DNA of 64,000 nucleotides from a virus (Duplodnaviria; Heunggongvirae; Uroviricota; Caudoviricetes): IMG/VR virus record IMGVR_UViG_3300042691_019384, positions 44,652 to 108,651 of that record; one strand, 5' to 3'. Shown piece by piece: positions 1 to 11,764 of this stretch (position 1 is its first letter; each line of letters starts with the position of its first letter). The notes under the pieces were generated by a model. It saw only the letters and a program-made list of their open reading frames with translations, ran no database searches and was not told where the DNA came from. The position numbers and the translations under genes were made by a program.

Positions 1-148
1 TCAAATAAATAAGATTAATTATGTTGTTGATTTAAGTGGTTTAACAACTTATGGTGATATAGGATTTAGTGATGATGATATTAAATTTAAAAAATTAAAT
101 TTTAAACAAACGTTTTTAAATTTATCTTTTTATGATACAGATAACCCA

Positions 149-631
149 ATGACACAACAATTAGTAACAACACAGACTATTTTTTCTCAATTAAAACCTA
201 GTGATTTGTTACCATTTAATACTATTGTTGGATTACCTGGTCAACCAAAACCAGCCAATCAAATACCATTGACATTTGTTTTAGAAAATCCTTTAACAAA
301 TCAGAGAGGTTTCTTAGAAGGTTACTATTTATATGATTATAGAGATATATTAAAGGTTGGTGAGTTCAAATATTTATATATGAAAGCAAGTTTTAAAAAC
401 GCTAAAGATGGTAAGTCAACAAATCTAATGGTTAAGCCAAACGCACAACCAATAGATATTTTGATTAGAGAAGTTTATACCAGATATAAACTATTTAGAA
501 CCCAGACAGGCTATTACTATCAAATAGATGATACATATCAAGGCAATGGTCCTTCCACACAAAATAACGTTACATACACACAAAACCCATCAAGTGTATC
601 AATAAATTTATTTAAAATACAAGCGTTATAA
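149..631 (+). CDS. hypothetical virion protein; the reading frame is open from window position 2 with no stop, so the true start may lie upstream of the window
   Basis: 160-aa ORF in the track; same frame is stop-free back to position 2; lies in a block of co-oriented structural-like genes. Confidence 0.45.
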   Translation: MTQQLVTTQTIFSQLKPSDLLPFNTIVGLPGQPKPANQIPLTFVLENPLTNQRGFLEGYYLYDYRDILKVGEFKYLYMKASFKNAKDGKSTNLMVKPNAQPIDILIREVYTRYKLFRTQTGYYYQIDDTYQGNGPSTQNNVTYTQNPSSVSINLFKIQAL

Positions 632-1494
632 TGGAGGTTATTAAAAGAAAAATATATTTAGAAGACAGTATATCCAGAACAGATAAGAACTGGGGTAAAT
701 TAACTGCTGATACTTTTTATATCAATGTTTTTTTAACGCAAAATATTGATAACATGGGGTTATTTACAGACATTGAATTTAATGAAAAAAGTCAAACACC
801 TGTCAACTATAGTATATTAACAAATAAATTATCATCTAGTGGTATTACATTTCCATTTATGGTTGGTGTTACACCAACTATGCCACAAATAACAAACCCA
901 ACAGAAAAATTAACAGTCAGATTACCATCTAAAGTTGAATCTGATTTTTATAATTATGGTAATAATGTATTAACTGGTTTTACTGAAAGTAAAATTGATG
1001 AAGTTACATCTTACGATAGAAATGATAGATATAAAGTTGGTTTAAATATACAAAAAGAAGGATATTTAAATTATAAAAATATACCAATAAGTGGTGTTAG
1101 TAGAGTTACAAGTAATTCAGAACCTAAAATATATGCTATTGACGCTGAAGATAATTTATTTGTCGGTACAAATAACCAAACAACAGGATTCTTATATTAC
1201 GATTATACTGGTACATCAAGACAAGTCTTAATAGATGGTAATTTAGAATTAGTACCGTTAACAACTTTTAAATACACAACTGAAGGAATAAATAATACAA
1301 ACGTTTCATTATCAGCGATAACCAAAGAAGAATATTTATTTGGAATAATTTCTCAACCAGAAGTTAGAAACGATGTATTTATAGATAGAACAATAACATC
1401 TGTTATAGATTTACATTTAAGATTATCTGAAATAAAGAATTTAGATAATTTAATTAAATATGGTAATGGATTTTATAATATAACAACAATTTAA
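631..1494 (+). CDS. hypothetical virion structural protein
   Basis: 287-aa ORF, start overlaps the previous stop (ATGA coupling), Asn/Thr-rich composition typical of tail proteins. Confidence 0.45.
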   Translation: MEVIKRKIYLEDSISRTDKNWGKLTADTFYINVFLTQNIDNMGLFTDIEFNEKSQTPVNYSILTNKLSSSGITFPFMVGVTPTMPQITNPTEKLTVRLPSKVESDFYNYGNNVLTGFTESKIDEVTSYDRNDRYKVGLNIQKEGYLNYKNIPISGVSRVTSNSEPKIYAIDAEDNLFVGTNNQTTGFLYYDYTGTSRQVLIDGNLELVPLTTFKYTTEGINNTNVSLSAITKEEYLFGIISQPEVRNDVFIDRTITSVIDLHLRLSEIKNLDNLIKYGNGFYNITTI

Positions 1495-1506
1495 AAAAAT
1501 AAATAA

Positions 1507-2430
1507 ATGGCAACAGGAACAGTAGGTATAGTAAGACCATCAGATGTAAGTCCAGAGGATGTTGAAATATTTTATCATTTCACACCATCTAGAGATAAAA
1601 TAGGTAATACCAGCTTAATAAAATTGAATTCTAATGATGTGTTATTAAAAGTAGATAACCCTAATAAAACACAATCAAATGTAGTTGGTTTTGAAATTTT
1701 TGGTGGGTTATATACATTAAAATTACCAGCTACAACATTTGGTATTAAAGGTTTTTATACCATAATTATAAAACCTGTTGAAATACGTACAAGAATAGTT
1801 GATATTGGTGTTTTATCGGCATATCCAGACATAAATGGTGTATTATTTGATACAGCAACAATACCAAGTAATTTTTTATCAAAATTTGAGAATAATAATT
1901 TAGTTGGATATAGGATAGAGTATTTAAATACAAATACATCAGCACCAGATGCTAAAATAAATAATTTATTTAGGATAGTAACATCAAATAATCGTGCAGA
2001 ACCAGTAAATCAGAATTTAACTAATTCTAATCAAAAAGCTATTAGATATAGATTCAATGATAATTCTACATTAGTATTTTGTACTTTATCACCATCATCT
2101 GCATCAAATGTTAAACCAAATGCTTTTCCTTTTATTGGTCAACCAAATCAACAAGTTATAATAACTAATACTTTTTTTAATCCTATTATGATTGAAATAG
2201 AGATGGTTGAATACGATATTGAATCACTTGCATTTGGATTATTTGGTAATCAGACTAAATCACTTGAAGATGGTATTTATACTATATATAACTTTAGTAA
2301 TGACATTTACAAACAATATACTCTATACGAAATTAAAGATGTGTTTAATGGTAATCCATTATTTGAAGTTAGAGAACAAAGAACTAATATTGATTTTACT
2401 AAATCATTCACTAATATTACATCAATCTAA
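1507..2430 (+). CDS. hypothetical virion structural protein
   Basis: 307-aa ORF tightly packed in the structural block. Confidence 0.45.
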   Translation: MATGTVGIVRPSDVSPEDVEIFYHFTPSRDKIGNTSLIKLNSNDVLLKVDNPNKTQSNVVGFEIFGGLYTLKLPATTFGIKGFYTIIIKPVEIRTRIVDIGVLSAYPDINGVLFDTATIPSNFLSKFENNNLVGYRIEYLNTNTSAPDAKINNLFRIVTSNNRAEPVNQNLTNSNQKAIRYRFNDNSTLVFCTLSPSSASNVKPNAFPFIGQPNQQVIITNTFFNPIMIEIEMVEYDIESLAFGLFGNQTKSLEDGIYTIYNFSNDIYKQYTLYEIKDVFNGNPLFEVREQRTNIDFTKSFTNITSI

Positions 2431-2437
2431 AATATAA

Positions 2438-5092
2438 ATGTCAACTAGTAAAATAAAAGTAGTAGGTTATGCGCAAAAGGTAATATACGATAATGGTATA
2501 GAGTATCGTAATTTTTCACCTGACTTAGTTGGTTTACAAACCACAAGTATAGGTAGCACACCATTATTAACATTTGGTAATTTTAGTTTAACAACAAATT
2601 TAGAGCCTAAAAACAATAAGTTTTTTTTAACTAATAAATTTTCTAATTATTATACTTTAAATACATTAAGTGTTACACAACAAACAGCACCAACTATAAT
2701 AAATGATAATGAAAAAGCTTATTTAAATTTAGATAAAAGAAATCTAAATTATTATGCTTTGTTTGGTTCTTTAACTGAATATGTAAGAGTTTCATTAGAA
2801 AATATTATATTAAATTGGCCAGCTTCTTTATATGCAAACCCTATTTTTATTGATATCTTTGGTAGTGAACAAATTGGTTTTACAATAGAAAATTATACTT
2901 ATGATGTTTTAAGTGAAACATCAACATTTAAGGTAAATACAAATACATTAGTAAATAAATTTGGTATTAACTATACAAATAACACAAACCAACAAAATAA
3001 TTTAAGAAATTTAAATATTAATTATTTATCTTATAATATTTTTTATCAAAACCAAGAATATGATATTTTAAACTTTACGGGTTCTACTAATGTAAAAAAT
3101 GATTCAATATATTTTAAGGTAAAAGGTAATCCGTTTTCTGGTTTAACAAATGCCTACCCAACATATCATATAAAACCTAATAAGATTAAATATGATAGCT
3201 TTTTTAACACATTACCAGAACTTGAGGCTTATCTATTAAATCGTTCAGTAGTACCTTTATATACGGCTACATTTTCATTTCCAGTTAAGACTGAAAATGG
3301 TATTATATTGTATTTTACTGATAGTGTAACATGGCCAGTAAGTGATGGATATAATATTGATTTTGATACAACAGAATATGTTTATTATGCCACAAGGTTA
3401 TTAGATATAGCAAAAAACAATGATATAAATAATAGTGATTTAATGAACAGGTTTTTGGTCGCTGAATCAATAACCGCATTTGATACTTCACCAATATATG
3501 TTACAAATATTGACCATGATGAAACTGGTCAAAAAATGAATAAAACACTTCAAATATATGGTGCTTCATATGATAAAATAAATAATTATATTACTGGTAT
3601 AAAGTATGCGAATACTGTAACATATAATAAAATGGATAACACACCAGATATCTATTTAAAAAATATTGCTAGAGTATTAGGATGGGAATTGGTTTCATCA
3701 GTTGTTGAAAACGATTTATTAATGAATTACATTAACACACCAGTATCATCATTTTCTGGTCAAACATATGGTTTAACACCTGTTGAATATGATATTGAAT
3801 TATGGAGAAGAATAATATTAAATTCACCATGGCTTTGGAAATCAAAAGGTAGTAGAAAATCTATAGAATTTTTATTAAATTTTATTGGAACCCCAAATGG
3901 TTTAATTAAATTTAATGAACATATATATAGAGCAACAGCACCAATAGATATTGATTTATTTTTACAAGTATTAAGTAAAAATAATTTAGATTTAGATTTA
4001 TCTATATATCCGATAGATTCTAATGGTTATCCTAGAACTTTACCAGACACACCAGATATGTATTTCCAAAACTATGGTTTATGGTATAGAGAAACTGGTG
4101 GTAGTGGTGCAACAATAGATATTTTAACTGGTAATAATCCGCATTTAGGTCCATATGATGGTGGTTCTAGATATATTGACCAGTTTAGGTGTTTAATACC
4201 TAATTTTGTACCAACAATATTAAGTTCAATAACTGTAACAGAAAACGTAACAAATTTATATGAAAATTATGAAGATGGTACATTTGATAATAATTCTTTA
4301 ACTGCACAAACAGTAACAAATGTAGATATATTTGATGAATTTGGTGCTGCAATTGAAGATTGTGTTATTTTTAAACCAAGTATCATTCAAGACCCTAATT
4401 ATGATTTAAAATTAACAGAATGTGGTTGTAAAGATATTGGTCCAGATAATGTTTTAAGTCTTTGTTTGGAAAAAAATCCTAACCCAGATAATGGTAATTT
4501 AAATGTGTGTCCTGATATATTTGGTAAACCTTCTTCAGATAACACAGGTTTTTTAAATTTTTCATATTATCAAAAAGATATTAATGGTAATTATTTAATT
4601 GATAATAACGGAAAATTTATTACTAATAACACAAAATATACAACACAAGAATGTTGTAAATCAAACAATGGAACACCAGTTTTAAATAAAGAATATTTTA
4701 ACAATATAGTTATAAATACTGGTTATTATTGTTGTGATAGTACTGGTAAATGTGGTTGTACATTAGCTTGTAAATGGAAAGTAAATATGAATCCATATGT
4801 TTCTGGTCCAGTAACTCAAACACAGATACCTAGGAATTTCTTACAATTCACAACTGAAGATGGTTCACAAGCTATAGTAACACCAGATGGTTGTAATTGT
4901 GTATCACCATATACAATCCCTGTACCAAATATAAAAGACCCATATACAGGTCAAATAGGGTATGCTTGTCAATTAACAGACAAAGGGTTACAAGATTTAC
5001 AATTAGGTATTTATGGTCAAATAAGCAACATTTATTTTCAAAGAAATATTGGTAAAATAAAATGTGACGAATCTGAGTTAAAAACAAAATAA
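2438..5092 (+). CDS. large tail fiber/baseplate-like protein with a Cys-rich C-terminal region
   Basis: 884 aa; Asn/Thr-rich; C-terminal clusters of Cys (CGCKDIG, CCKSNNG, CCDSTGKCGC); no enzymatic motif recognised. Confidence 0.5.
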   Translation: MSTSKIKVVGYAQKVIYDNGIEYRNFSPDLVGLQTTSIGSTPLLTFGNFSLTTNLEPKNNKFFLTNKFSNYYTLNTLSVTQQTAPTIINDNEKAYLNLDKRNLNYYALFGSLTEYVRVSLENIILNWPASLYANPIFIDIFGSEQIGFTIENYTYDVLSETSTFKVNTNTLVNKFGINYTNNTNQQNNLRNLNINYLSYNIFYQNQEYDILNFTGSTNVKNDSIYFKVKGNPFSGLTNAYPTYHIKPNKIKYDSFFNTLPELEAYLLNRSVVPLYTATFSFPVKTENGIILYFTDSVTWPVSDGYNIDFDTTEYVYYATRLLDIAKNNDINNSDLMNRFLVAESITAFDTSPIYVTNIDHDETGQKMNKTLQIYGASYDKINNYITGIKYANTVTYNKMDNTPDIYLKNIARVLGWELVSSVVENDLLMNYINTPVSSFSGQTYGLTPVEYDIELWRRIILNSPWLWKSKGSRKSIEFLLNFIGTPNGLIKFNEHIYRATAPIDIDLFLQVLSKNNLDLDLSIYPIDSNGYPRTLPDTPDMYFQNYGLWYRETGGSGATIDILTGNNPHLGPYDGGSRYIDQFRCLIPNFVPTILSSITVTENVTNLYENYEDGTFDNNSLTAQTVTNVDIFDEFGAAIEDCVIFKPSIIQDPNYDLKLTECGCKDIGPDNVLSLCLEKNPNPDNGNLNVCPDIFGKPSSDNTGFLNFSYYQKDINGNYLIDNNGKFITNNTKYTTQECCKSNNGTPVLNKEYFNNIVINTGYYCCDSTGKCGCTLACKWKVNMNPYVSGPVTQTQIPRNFLQFTTEDGSQAIVTPDGCNCVSPYTIPVPNIKDPYTGQIGYACQLTDKGLQDLQLGIYGQISNIYFQRNIGKIKCDESELKTK

Positions 5093-5113
5093 TTAAATAA
5101 TTATATATAAAAA

Positions 5114-7873
5114 ATGGGTTTAGATATAAATTTAGACATAAATGGTGAAATAGGTATTGGTGATTCTTCTGATGTCAGTGTGGATTTTATTAATTTACCT
5201 AAATGTTTAAGCGAAAAAGAAATTCTAACCAATGGTGGTCAAATAAAAGAAAATTCAGATGGTACTGTTAGTGTTTTTGTAGTTAATCCTATTGGGAATA
5301 CTAGTGGTTTAGTACCATATATTTTAAATGAATATTGTTGTACAAGATTAAAAAACGGATATGTTTTTGACAAAGAAACACAAAAATGTTTATGGGCTGA
5401 TAAACCACCTTGTAGTATAGAAAACACTTTTAAAATAGTGTTAAATCCAATTGGTAATGATGGTAGTATTTTTGAATTGGGTGAAACTGATAATTGCTTT
5501 GTTAAAGTTGATTTTGATTATTTGTTTAAAATAAAATGTGAAACTTTAGCTAGTTTTCTAAATCAAAATAACACACAAAATTCATTATCAACACAAATAA
5601 AAAATGATATAAATCAAAAAAACACAGAGATTGAAAATCAAAAAGCATTATGTGAATCAATCCAAAATGAAATAGATATAGTTACAACACAAATAACTAA
5701 TACACCATATTCAATTTTTTGCAATCTAAAACAAAGTTTAAATACAAAACTTTTTTGTTTAACAGACCCTGATGGATTAACTGCTTGGGAAAATATTTTA
5801 GGTACTGTTAGATTTCAAGCATTTTTAAATGGTGACCAAAATTCTTTTGATTGTAATGATGTTACAAATTTATTATCACAAAATAATTCAACTAATGCTA
5901 ATTTAGTATATGAATGTGAAGTACCATTTAATACAAAATATTATTTAATAAAACAAAAAGAGTTATTAGAAATAAACAAAAAAATATGTGATGAAACATT
6001 AACAACATTAGAGTCAGAATTAATTGAATTAGAAAACGAATTAGCTGAAAATACAGAGATATCTTGTACAAACCCTATTGATATGTTTGAAGGGTTAAAT
6101 GTGTCTATGACATTAGAATATGTTGATTCTAATAATGTTTTACAAACAGCTTATGAAGATACTAATTTATTCCCAGAAATTGGTAGTGGATTATTATACT
6201 CTTATTTGTTAAATAATCCAAATAGCGGCTTTTATGTTTGTGGTGGACAATCATGCAAACCTTTTAATTTAAAATTAATACCAGACCCATCAGGTCTTAA
6301 TTATGCAAATGACACATCATGTAATTTAGTAATTAACAATATTATTCAAACATTATATGCACAATCTGGTTTAAGTGGAACAACAAATGGATTTAACACA
6401 TTTAAAAATACTTTATCAAATAGTGCTTTTACATCAAATTGGTTATCTTTTTCAACCATTATTAATGACCCTAATGTTATTAGTTTAATAGCTAATAAGA
6501 AAATAAAAGTAGGTTTAAAAATAAATCATACTTGTGGTGATGTATGTATTTTAATTGATAACATAAAACTTGATAAAGTTTGTCAAATAATTGAAAAAAC
6601 GGAAATATTTGTAACTAAATGTCCTGGTTTTGAATTAGAAAAAGTAATAGATAATAAAAAGTCTTGGTTAAATAATACAACTAGAGTAAATAGAAACTTT
6701 AAAATTTCTGATATTGACGATACAAATAGTATAAGACAAACAAATTATGATGTCAATGATGAAAGATTAGTAATTAACACTAAAGAAATAGACTTAAATA
6801 TAGATATAGCATCAGCAATAGAAACTGATGTTTGGTGCTATACATTGGATAATCCATGTATATTAACTGGTGTGACTAATTGTAATTCATGTTATACTAG
6901 TTGCCCACCAATAGATGTAGATGGTATAACAACATCAAGTTGTGCTCCTTTTGATGCTTCTATGGACCCAATACCGTTTTCTCAAACTGATGACGGTTTA
7001 TTCCCACCATTGTGTTGTGGTGATAATAAAATAGATTTTAATAGTTTATTATCAACACCATTATCATCAACAACTAGTGTTGAAGAATTTGTTAATGTAT
7101 TAGCAACTGAATTAATAGATGCTAAAAATAGACAAACAATATCAGCTTACCCTACAATAAAAGCATTATATGATAGGTATTTAAATAGTTTGAATTATTG
7201 TTCAACAAAAAGTTCAGCCTTTAATTATGTATCAATTGATAAATTTACTGAATTAATTAATGGTTATTGGTTTGATATAGTTGAACAAGTTGTACCATCA
7301 ACAACAATATGGGGTAGTGTAAAAGTTTATAAAAATTCAATCTTTGACCAACAAAAATTTAAATATAGGTCATATAGTTCATTGTTATGTAAAAACCCTT
7401 ACACTAATATATTACCAAATGTATTAAGCCCAATAAATAAACCAAATGGTCAATGTAAAAATAATATAGAAGTAATAACAACAAATATTAATTTAACTGG
7501 AGACACTGTTGATAATGATATAAAAAGTGTTTGTACAGAAATATGTTTAGCTCAGATGAATCATGGTTCTGAATTTATTGGTACTGTTTCAATTATAGGT
7601 AATGAAAATACTGATAATGGTGAAACCTTTAATGATTTTGCTGAATGTTCTAAAAACCAACAAGTGATAACTAATTGTGATTTAAACGCAACAGTAATAC
7701 TTAATGGTTTTAACGCTAGTTTAAATTTAATAAATGCAACGGCACCAGTTACTTATCAATGGAGTAATGGCTCAACAGATAGTACGACAACATTTAATAT
7801 TGGTGGTATACATAGCGTGACAATAACAGATAGTGCTTGTTGTAAAATAACTAAAGATTTTGAAATAATTTAA
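5114..7873 (+). CDS. large tail fiber-like protein with coiled-coil segments and Cys clusters
   Basis: 919 aa; heptad-like stretches (LESELIELENELAENTEI); many Cys; follows the previous fiber-like gene. Confidence 0.5.
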   Translation: MGLDINLDINGEIGIGDSSDVSVDFINLPKCLSEKEILTNGGQIKENSDGTVSVFVVNPIGNTSGLVPYILNEYCCTRLKNGYVFDKETQKCLWADKPPCSIENTFKIVLNPIGNDGSIFELGETDNCFVKVDFDYLFKIKCETLASFLNQNNTQNSLSTQIKNDINQKNTEIENQKALCESIQNEIDIVTTQITNTPYSIFCNLKQSLNTKLFCLTDPDGLTAWENILGTVRFQAFLNGDQNSFDCNDVTNLLSQNNSTNANLVYECEVPFNTKYYLIKQKELLEINKKICDETLTTLESELIELENELAENTEISCTNPIDMFEGLNVSMTLEYVDSNNVLQTAYEDTNLFPEIGSGLLYSYLLNNPNSGFYVCGGQSCKPFNLKLIPDPSGLNYANDTSCNLVINNIIQTLYAQSGLSGTTNGFNTFKNTLSNSAFTSNWLSFSTIINDPNVISLIANKKIKVGLKINHTCGDVCILIDNIKLDKVCQIIEKTEIFVTKCPGFELEKVIDNKKSWLNNTTRVNRNFKISDIDDTNSIRQTNYDVNDERLVINTKEIDLNIDIASAIETDVWCYTLDNPCILTGVTNCNSCYTSCPPIDVDGITTSSCAPFDASMDPIPFSQTDDGLFPPLCCGDNKIDFNSLLSTPLSSTTSVEEFVNVLATELIDAKNRQTISAYPTIKALYDRYLNSLNYCSTKSSAFNYVSIDKFTELINGYWFDIVEQVVPSTTIWGSVKVYKNSIFDQQKFKYRSYSSLLCKNPYTNILPNVLSPINKPNGQCKNNIEVITTNINLTGDTVDNDIKSVCTEICLAQMNHGSEFIGTVSIIGNENTDNGETFNDFAECSKNQQVITNCDLNATVILNGFNASLNLINATAPVTYQWSNGSTDSTTTFNIGGIHSVTITDSACCKITKDFEII

Positions 7874-7874
7874 T

Positions 7875-8117
7875 ATGCCTACGTTAATTAAAAGTATTGA
7901 AGCTAAGTTTTATGATAACCATAATAGCAATGTAAAATATGTTAAATCAATAACATCTGATTTACAAAAAGAGGATTATATAAACATATATGGACTTGAG
8001 GCATTTCTACAAAATTTTTCAAAAACAGAACAGATATATTTATTAGAAAAACCAATAGAGTTTGGACTAAAAAATCAATATAACATACCAGTAATCAATA
8101 TAACAATAGATTATTAA
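7875..8117 (+). CDS. small hypothetical protein
   Basis: 80-aa ORF; its stop overlaps the next start (ATGA). Confidence 0.35.
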   Translation: MPTLIKSIEAKFYDNHNSNVKYVKSITSDLQKEDYINIYGLEAFLQNFSKTEQIYLLEKPIEFGLKNQYNIPVINITIDY

Positions 8118-9541
8118 TGAGATATCAAGAATTAATATACATACAAAATGCCCATAGCGGTGCTAGGAATAGAGACTTATTAAATGTTAATATGAGTTCT
8201 GATATTTGTATTTTTAATGCACCACAATTTACTATTAGTGGGGCATCAAAAATAGATTGTAGTGGTGTTACAGGTACATCTTATGTTATCAGTACAGCAA
8301 CAACAATACCATTAACTTTTAATTTTACTGCAAATACTGACACATTCACCGCAAATACTGCGACATTTAAATATGAAATATATAAATACAATAAAAATAA
8401 CTTAGCTTTTTTATTACCACCAGTTTATAAATCAGATAATTTATCTTATCCATCTTTTAGTGCAACTAATACAACATTACAAAATATACCAGTATCTGCA
8501 TTAACATTAGATGGTGAGTATCTAATAAAGGGTTATTATGATTTCCCTAGTTGTACAACTTTTTTAAATAAATTAGGTAAAACAATTGATACTTCTATTA
8601 ATAAAATTGGTCAACAATATAACCTATATAATAAAGATTTAGATTTTTATTTTATAGCGATGAAAGTAGCTGATAAACCAGTTATAATAAATAATAGCGA
8701 TAACACATTAACACCTGGTCAATTAACACAGCAAGTGATAATACCACAATCAGGACAAACTGAATTTGTTATTGGTGCACCATATTTTAATGATTTTATT
8801 GTTACATTAAACGGGTTAACATTAGCACCAAATTTAGATTACACATTCACAGGTAATGTTATAACACTAAGTGGTGAAACATATGAAGATGATATTGTAA
8901 CTGTAATTTATACAAATAGTGTGGTTGGTAAATTTTCACACGATATTATCAATGTTACAACAACAATTACCAGTGGTTCAACAAATAATCAAGGGTCAAA
9001 TAACCCTTATTTTAATACAACAACTGGTAAATATGAAATATACACTACAGTAACACCACTTAATCCTAACACAATCATTGTAATGATAAATGGTGTAACA
9101 TTAGCAAATAATGTTGATTATTATCAATCAACAACAAATCCAAAAAGAATAATTCTTAATGGAGATGTTATGATTGGTGATATAATCACTATTGTTTATT
9201 TTCCATTTATGAGTGTTGTTAATGATTTAATAACAAACAACCCAACAGTTTCATGGGAAATTAATACACCGCCACAAACAACTGCTGGTACATTTAGTTT
9301 ACAAGTTAGTACTGGAACTTCATTTAATACTTTCTATTCTACTGGTAATACACAATATATTGTCGGAACAACACTATATAGTGATAGTTTTATAGCTAGT
9401 GGTGATGTTGGTACAAAATTGTATTATAGAGTTAAAAATACAAAAAACTATGAAACAATATGTGGTGATATAATAACAAGTATTGAATATAGCGATACAA
9501 TACCGATAACAATCGCAACTAATTCAATAAATTCTTACTAA
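8117..9541 (+). CDS. Thr/Asn-rich fiber or receptor-binding-like structural protein
   Basis: 474 aa, beta-rich low-charge composition, repeated TLxxNxDY-like segments. Confidence 0.45.
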   Translation: MRYQELIYIQNAHSGARNRDLLNVNMSSDICIFNAPQFTISGASKIDCSGVTGTSYVISTATTIPLTFNFTANTDTFTANTATFKYEIYKYNKNNLAFLLPPVYKSDNLSYPSFSATNTTLQNIPVSALTLDGEYLIKGYYDFPSCTTFLNKLGKTIDTSINKIGQQYNLYNKDLDFYFIAMKVADKPVIINNSDNTLTPGQLTQQVIIPQSGQTEFVIGAPYFNDFIVTLNGLTLAPNLDYTFTGNVITLSGETYEDDIVTVIYTNSVVGKFSHDIINVTTTITSGSTNNQGSNNPYFNTTTGKYEIYTTVTPLNPNTIIVMINGVTLANNVDYYQSTTNPKRIILNGDVMIGDIITIVYFPFMSVVNDLITNNPTVSWEINTPPQTTAGTFSLQVSTGTSFNTFYSTGNTQYIVGTTLYSDSFIASGDVGTKLYYRVKNTKNYETICGDIITSIEYSDTIPITIATNSINSY

Positions 9542-9590
9542 ATTGTTTACAAGAACATATTTATAAATAAATTTTAATAAAAGAAAAGAT

Positions 9591-11732
9591 ATGAGTTATA
9601 TTATTAATACAAACAGTCCATTTGTTAGCATAAAACTAACTGAAAAAGGTCGTGAAAAATTATCAATGGGTAAATTAAATTTTTCTTATTGGGCAATAGG
9701 GGATTCAGAAATAAATTATGAAAGAGAAGCCATTGTAGATGCTAACCCTAATGATGTAACTTTATCTGCAAGTAGTAAAGTTTTAAGACCATTTGATAGA
9801 CAACCAAATATAAAATATTTTATATCACCTAATAATTCAGCAACACCTTATCAACCAATTAATTCATCTAATTTAAGTGTTGTTAAAGCAGTTGTTAATA
9901 ATGAAGCAACAGAAAGAGGTTTTTTTAGTGGTGCATCAAGTAACACCACTATATTGACATCTGGTTATACATCTAATAATCAGCTTATTCCAAACTCAAA
10001 TTTAAGTGGTTCAACTTCATTAACTTTAACTGGTTCAGTATCAAATATAAGTGTTGGAGATGTAATATTATTAAGATTATCAAACGGTACAACTGGTTCT
10101 ATTGCTGGTTCAAATACAACCACACCAATACCAAATTTATGGTATAAAGTTCAAAGTATAAGTGGTAGTACATTAGTATTAGATAGAAATTTACCAAATT
10201 ATTCTGGTGATTCGGCTAGCTCATATATTATTGCATATAAGGGTGGTGAAGTTTATGATACGATTGCTACAGGTAATACAACATCATATTGGGATTCTGG
10301 AACATTATCATTTAATTCTTCTGTAAATGTAACATGTCATGATGTGCCAGTTTGGAATATGAATAATGTTTGGTGTGAAAGTTTAGCAGGTATGGTAACT
10401 GGAGACCCTACACCTAACGAACAATACACAAGTTTTGGGTCATACCCTTATTTGGGTACTAAGAACCCTTATTTGGAATATTTATGTGATTCTAGTGGTA
10501 ATACTGAGACTTTTAATTGTAATGGACCTGGTATTAGTTATCCAGATGACGTTTCTAAATCAGTGTCTATCATACATTTCACAAATAACTCTATTTCTAA
10601 CTTATATGGTGAATTTTTATATGTTGATGCAACCAATAATAAAATAGTCAAAGTAATTATGCCAGATTTAATGTACCACAGAAGAAATTTCTCAACAGGT
10701 AGTGGTACAACAATGGGTATGACATTTATTGCTTCAGGTGCTACAAAATATATCGGTACAAGTGATATTGAATATATAGATTTAATTGAAGAACCTTCAC
10801 TTATTTCATCAACAGGTGCAACACCAATGGTTGTTGGTAAAGTATTACCACAATTAAAAATGATTGTAATACATGATGATGAAATAGTTTCAGCGATATC
10901 TTACAAATCAAATAGAAATTGGACATTACCTAACCTAGCTGCTAATATTGTATCACCAAGTGGTGGAACATCAACTGGTGTGTTGTTATCAAATCAAACG
11001 ATATATTTAACATATATTTTAGAAAATAGTTTATCAACTGGTTTAACAACAAGTTTACCTTGTCAAAATTATGTTAAAGTAACAAATAACACACCAAGTG
11101 CTAAAGACATACAATTTAGGATAAATCAAGTTGATGAATTACCATACATGAGAAAGAAAGAACTTGTTGGATATGACGGACTTGGTTTTTATGCTGATAA
11201 GTTTAAATTAGTATATCAAATTGTTTCAGCATCAACCACTAGACCAGACCCTAATGCATGGAAAGTATATGATTATACATCAACAGCAATAACAACTAAT
11301 AGTGGTGAAACTATAAACCCAGTATCATTAGAAAATCAAAACCCTTTAACAAATGATTTTGTTTTAACGAAAGGTAGAGATACAGCATCATCACAATTTA
11401 ATTTAATAAATATTTTAAATATGCCAAATACCAATCAACCAAGTCTTTTACAATTTGGTGATGAAAGATTTTTCTATGGTAATATTCAAACATATATTGG
11501 TGCATCAATTTATAAAACAATATTTGATATACGTGTTGATTCTAATGTATTTAACACAACAACAAATCCAACAAGAAGTAAAGATTTAACTACTAATCCA
11601 GCTACTATTAGATTAACAGAAGTTGGCGTGTACGATTCTGATTTTAATTTAGTATGTATAGGTAAAGTTAGTAATCCAGTTAAATTAATACCTGCTAATA
11701 CTATTATGTTAGAATTAAGTATGGATTTTTAA
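9591..11732 (+). CDS. hypothetical virion structural protein
   Basis: 713-aa ORF in the structural block. Confidence 0.45.
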   Translation: MSYIINTNSPFVSIKLTEKGREKLSMGKLNFSYWAIGDSEINYEREAIVDANPNDVTLSASSKVLRPFDRQPNIKYFISPNNSATPYQPINSSNLSVVKAVVNNEATERGFFSGASSNTTILTSGYTSNNQLIPNSNLSGSTSLTLTGSVSNISVGDVILLRLSNGTTGSIAGSNTTTPIPNLWYKVQSISGSTLVLDRNLPNYSGDSASSYIIAYKGGEVYDTIATGNTTSYWDSGTLSFNSSVNVTCHDVPVWNMNNVWCESLAGMVTGDPTPNEQYTSFGSYPYLGTKNPYLEYLCDSSGNTETFNCNGPGISYPDDVSKSVSIIHFTNNSISNLYGEFLYVDATNNKIVKVIMPDLMYHRRNFSTGSGTTMGMTFIASGATKYIGTSDIEYIDLIEEPSLISSTGATPMVVGKVLPQLKMIVIHDDEIVSAISYKSNRNWTLPNLAANIVSPSGGTSTGVLLSNQTIYLTYILENSLSTGLTTSLPCQNYVKVTNNTPSAKDIQFRINQVDELPYMRKKELVGYDGLGFYADKFKLVYQIVSASTTRPDPNAWKVYDYTSTAITTNSGETINPVSLENQNPLTNDFVLTKGRDTASSQFNLINILNMPNTNQPSLLQFGDERFFYGNIQTYIGASIYKTIFDIRVDSNVFNTTTNPTRSKDLTTNPATIRLTEVGVYDSDFNLVCIGKVSNPVKLIPANTIMLELSMDF

Positions 11733-11764
11733 AAAATAAAAAAATAAATAAAATAAAATAAAAA

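Noticed and set aside
2207-2437. 76-aa + strand ORF nested in the 3' end of the 1507-2430 gene
   Set aside because: Overlapping out-of-frame ORF with a Leu/Ile-rich composition typical of alternate-frame noise in AT-rich DNA.
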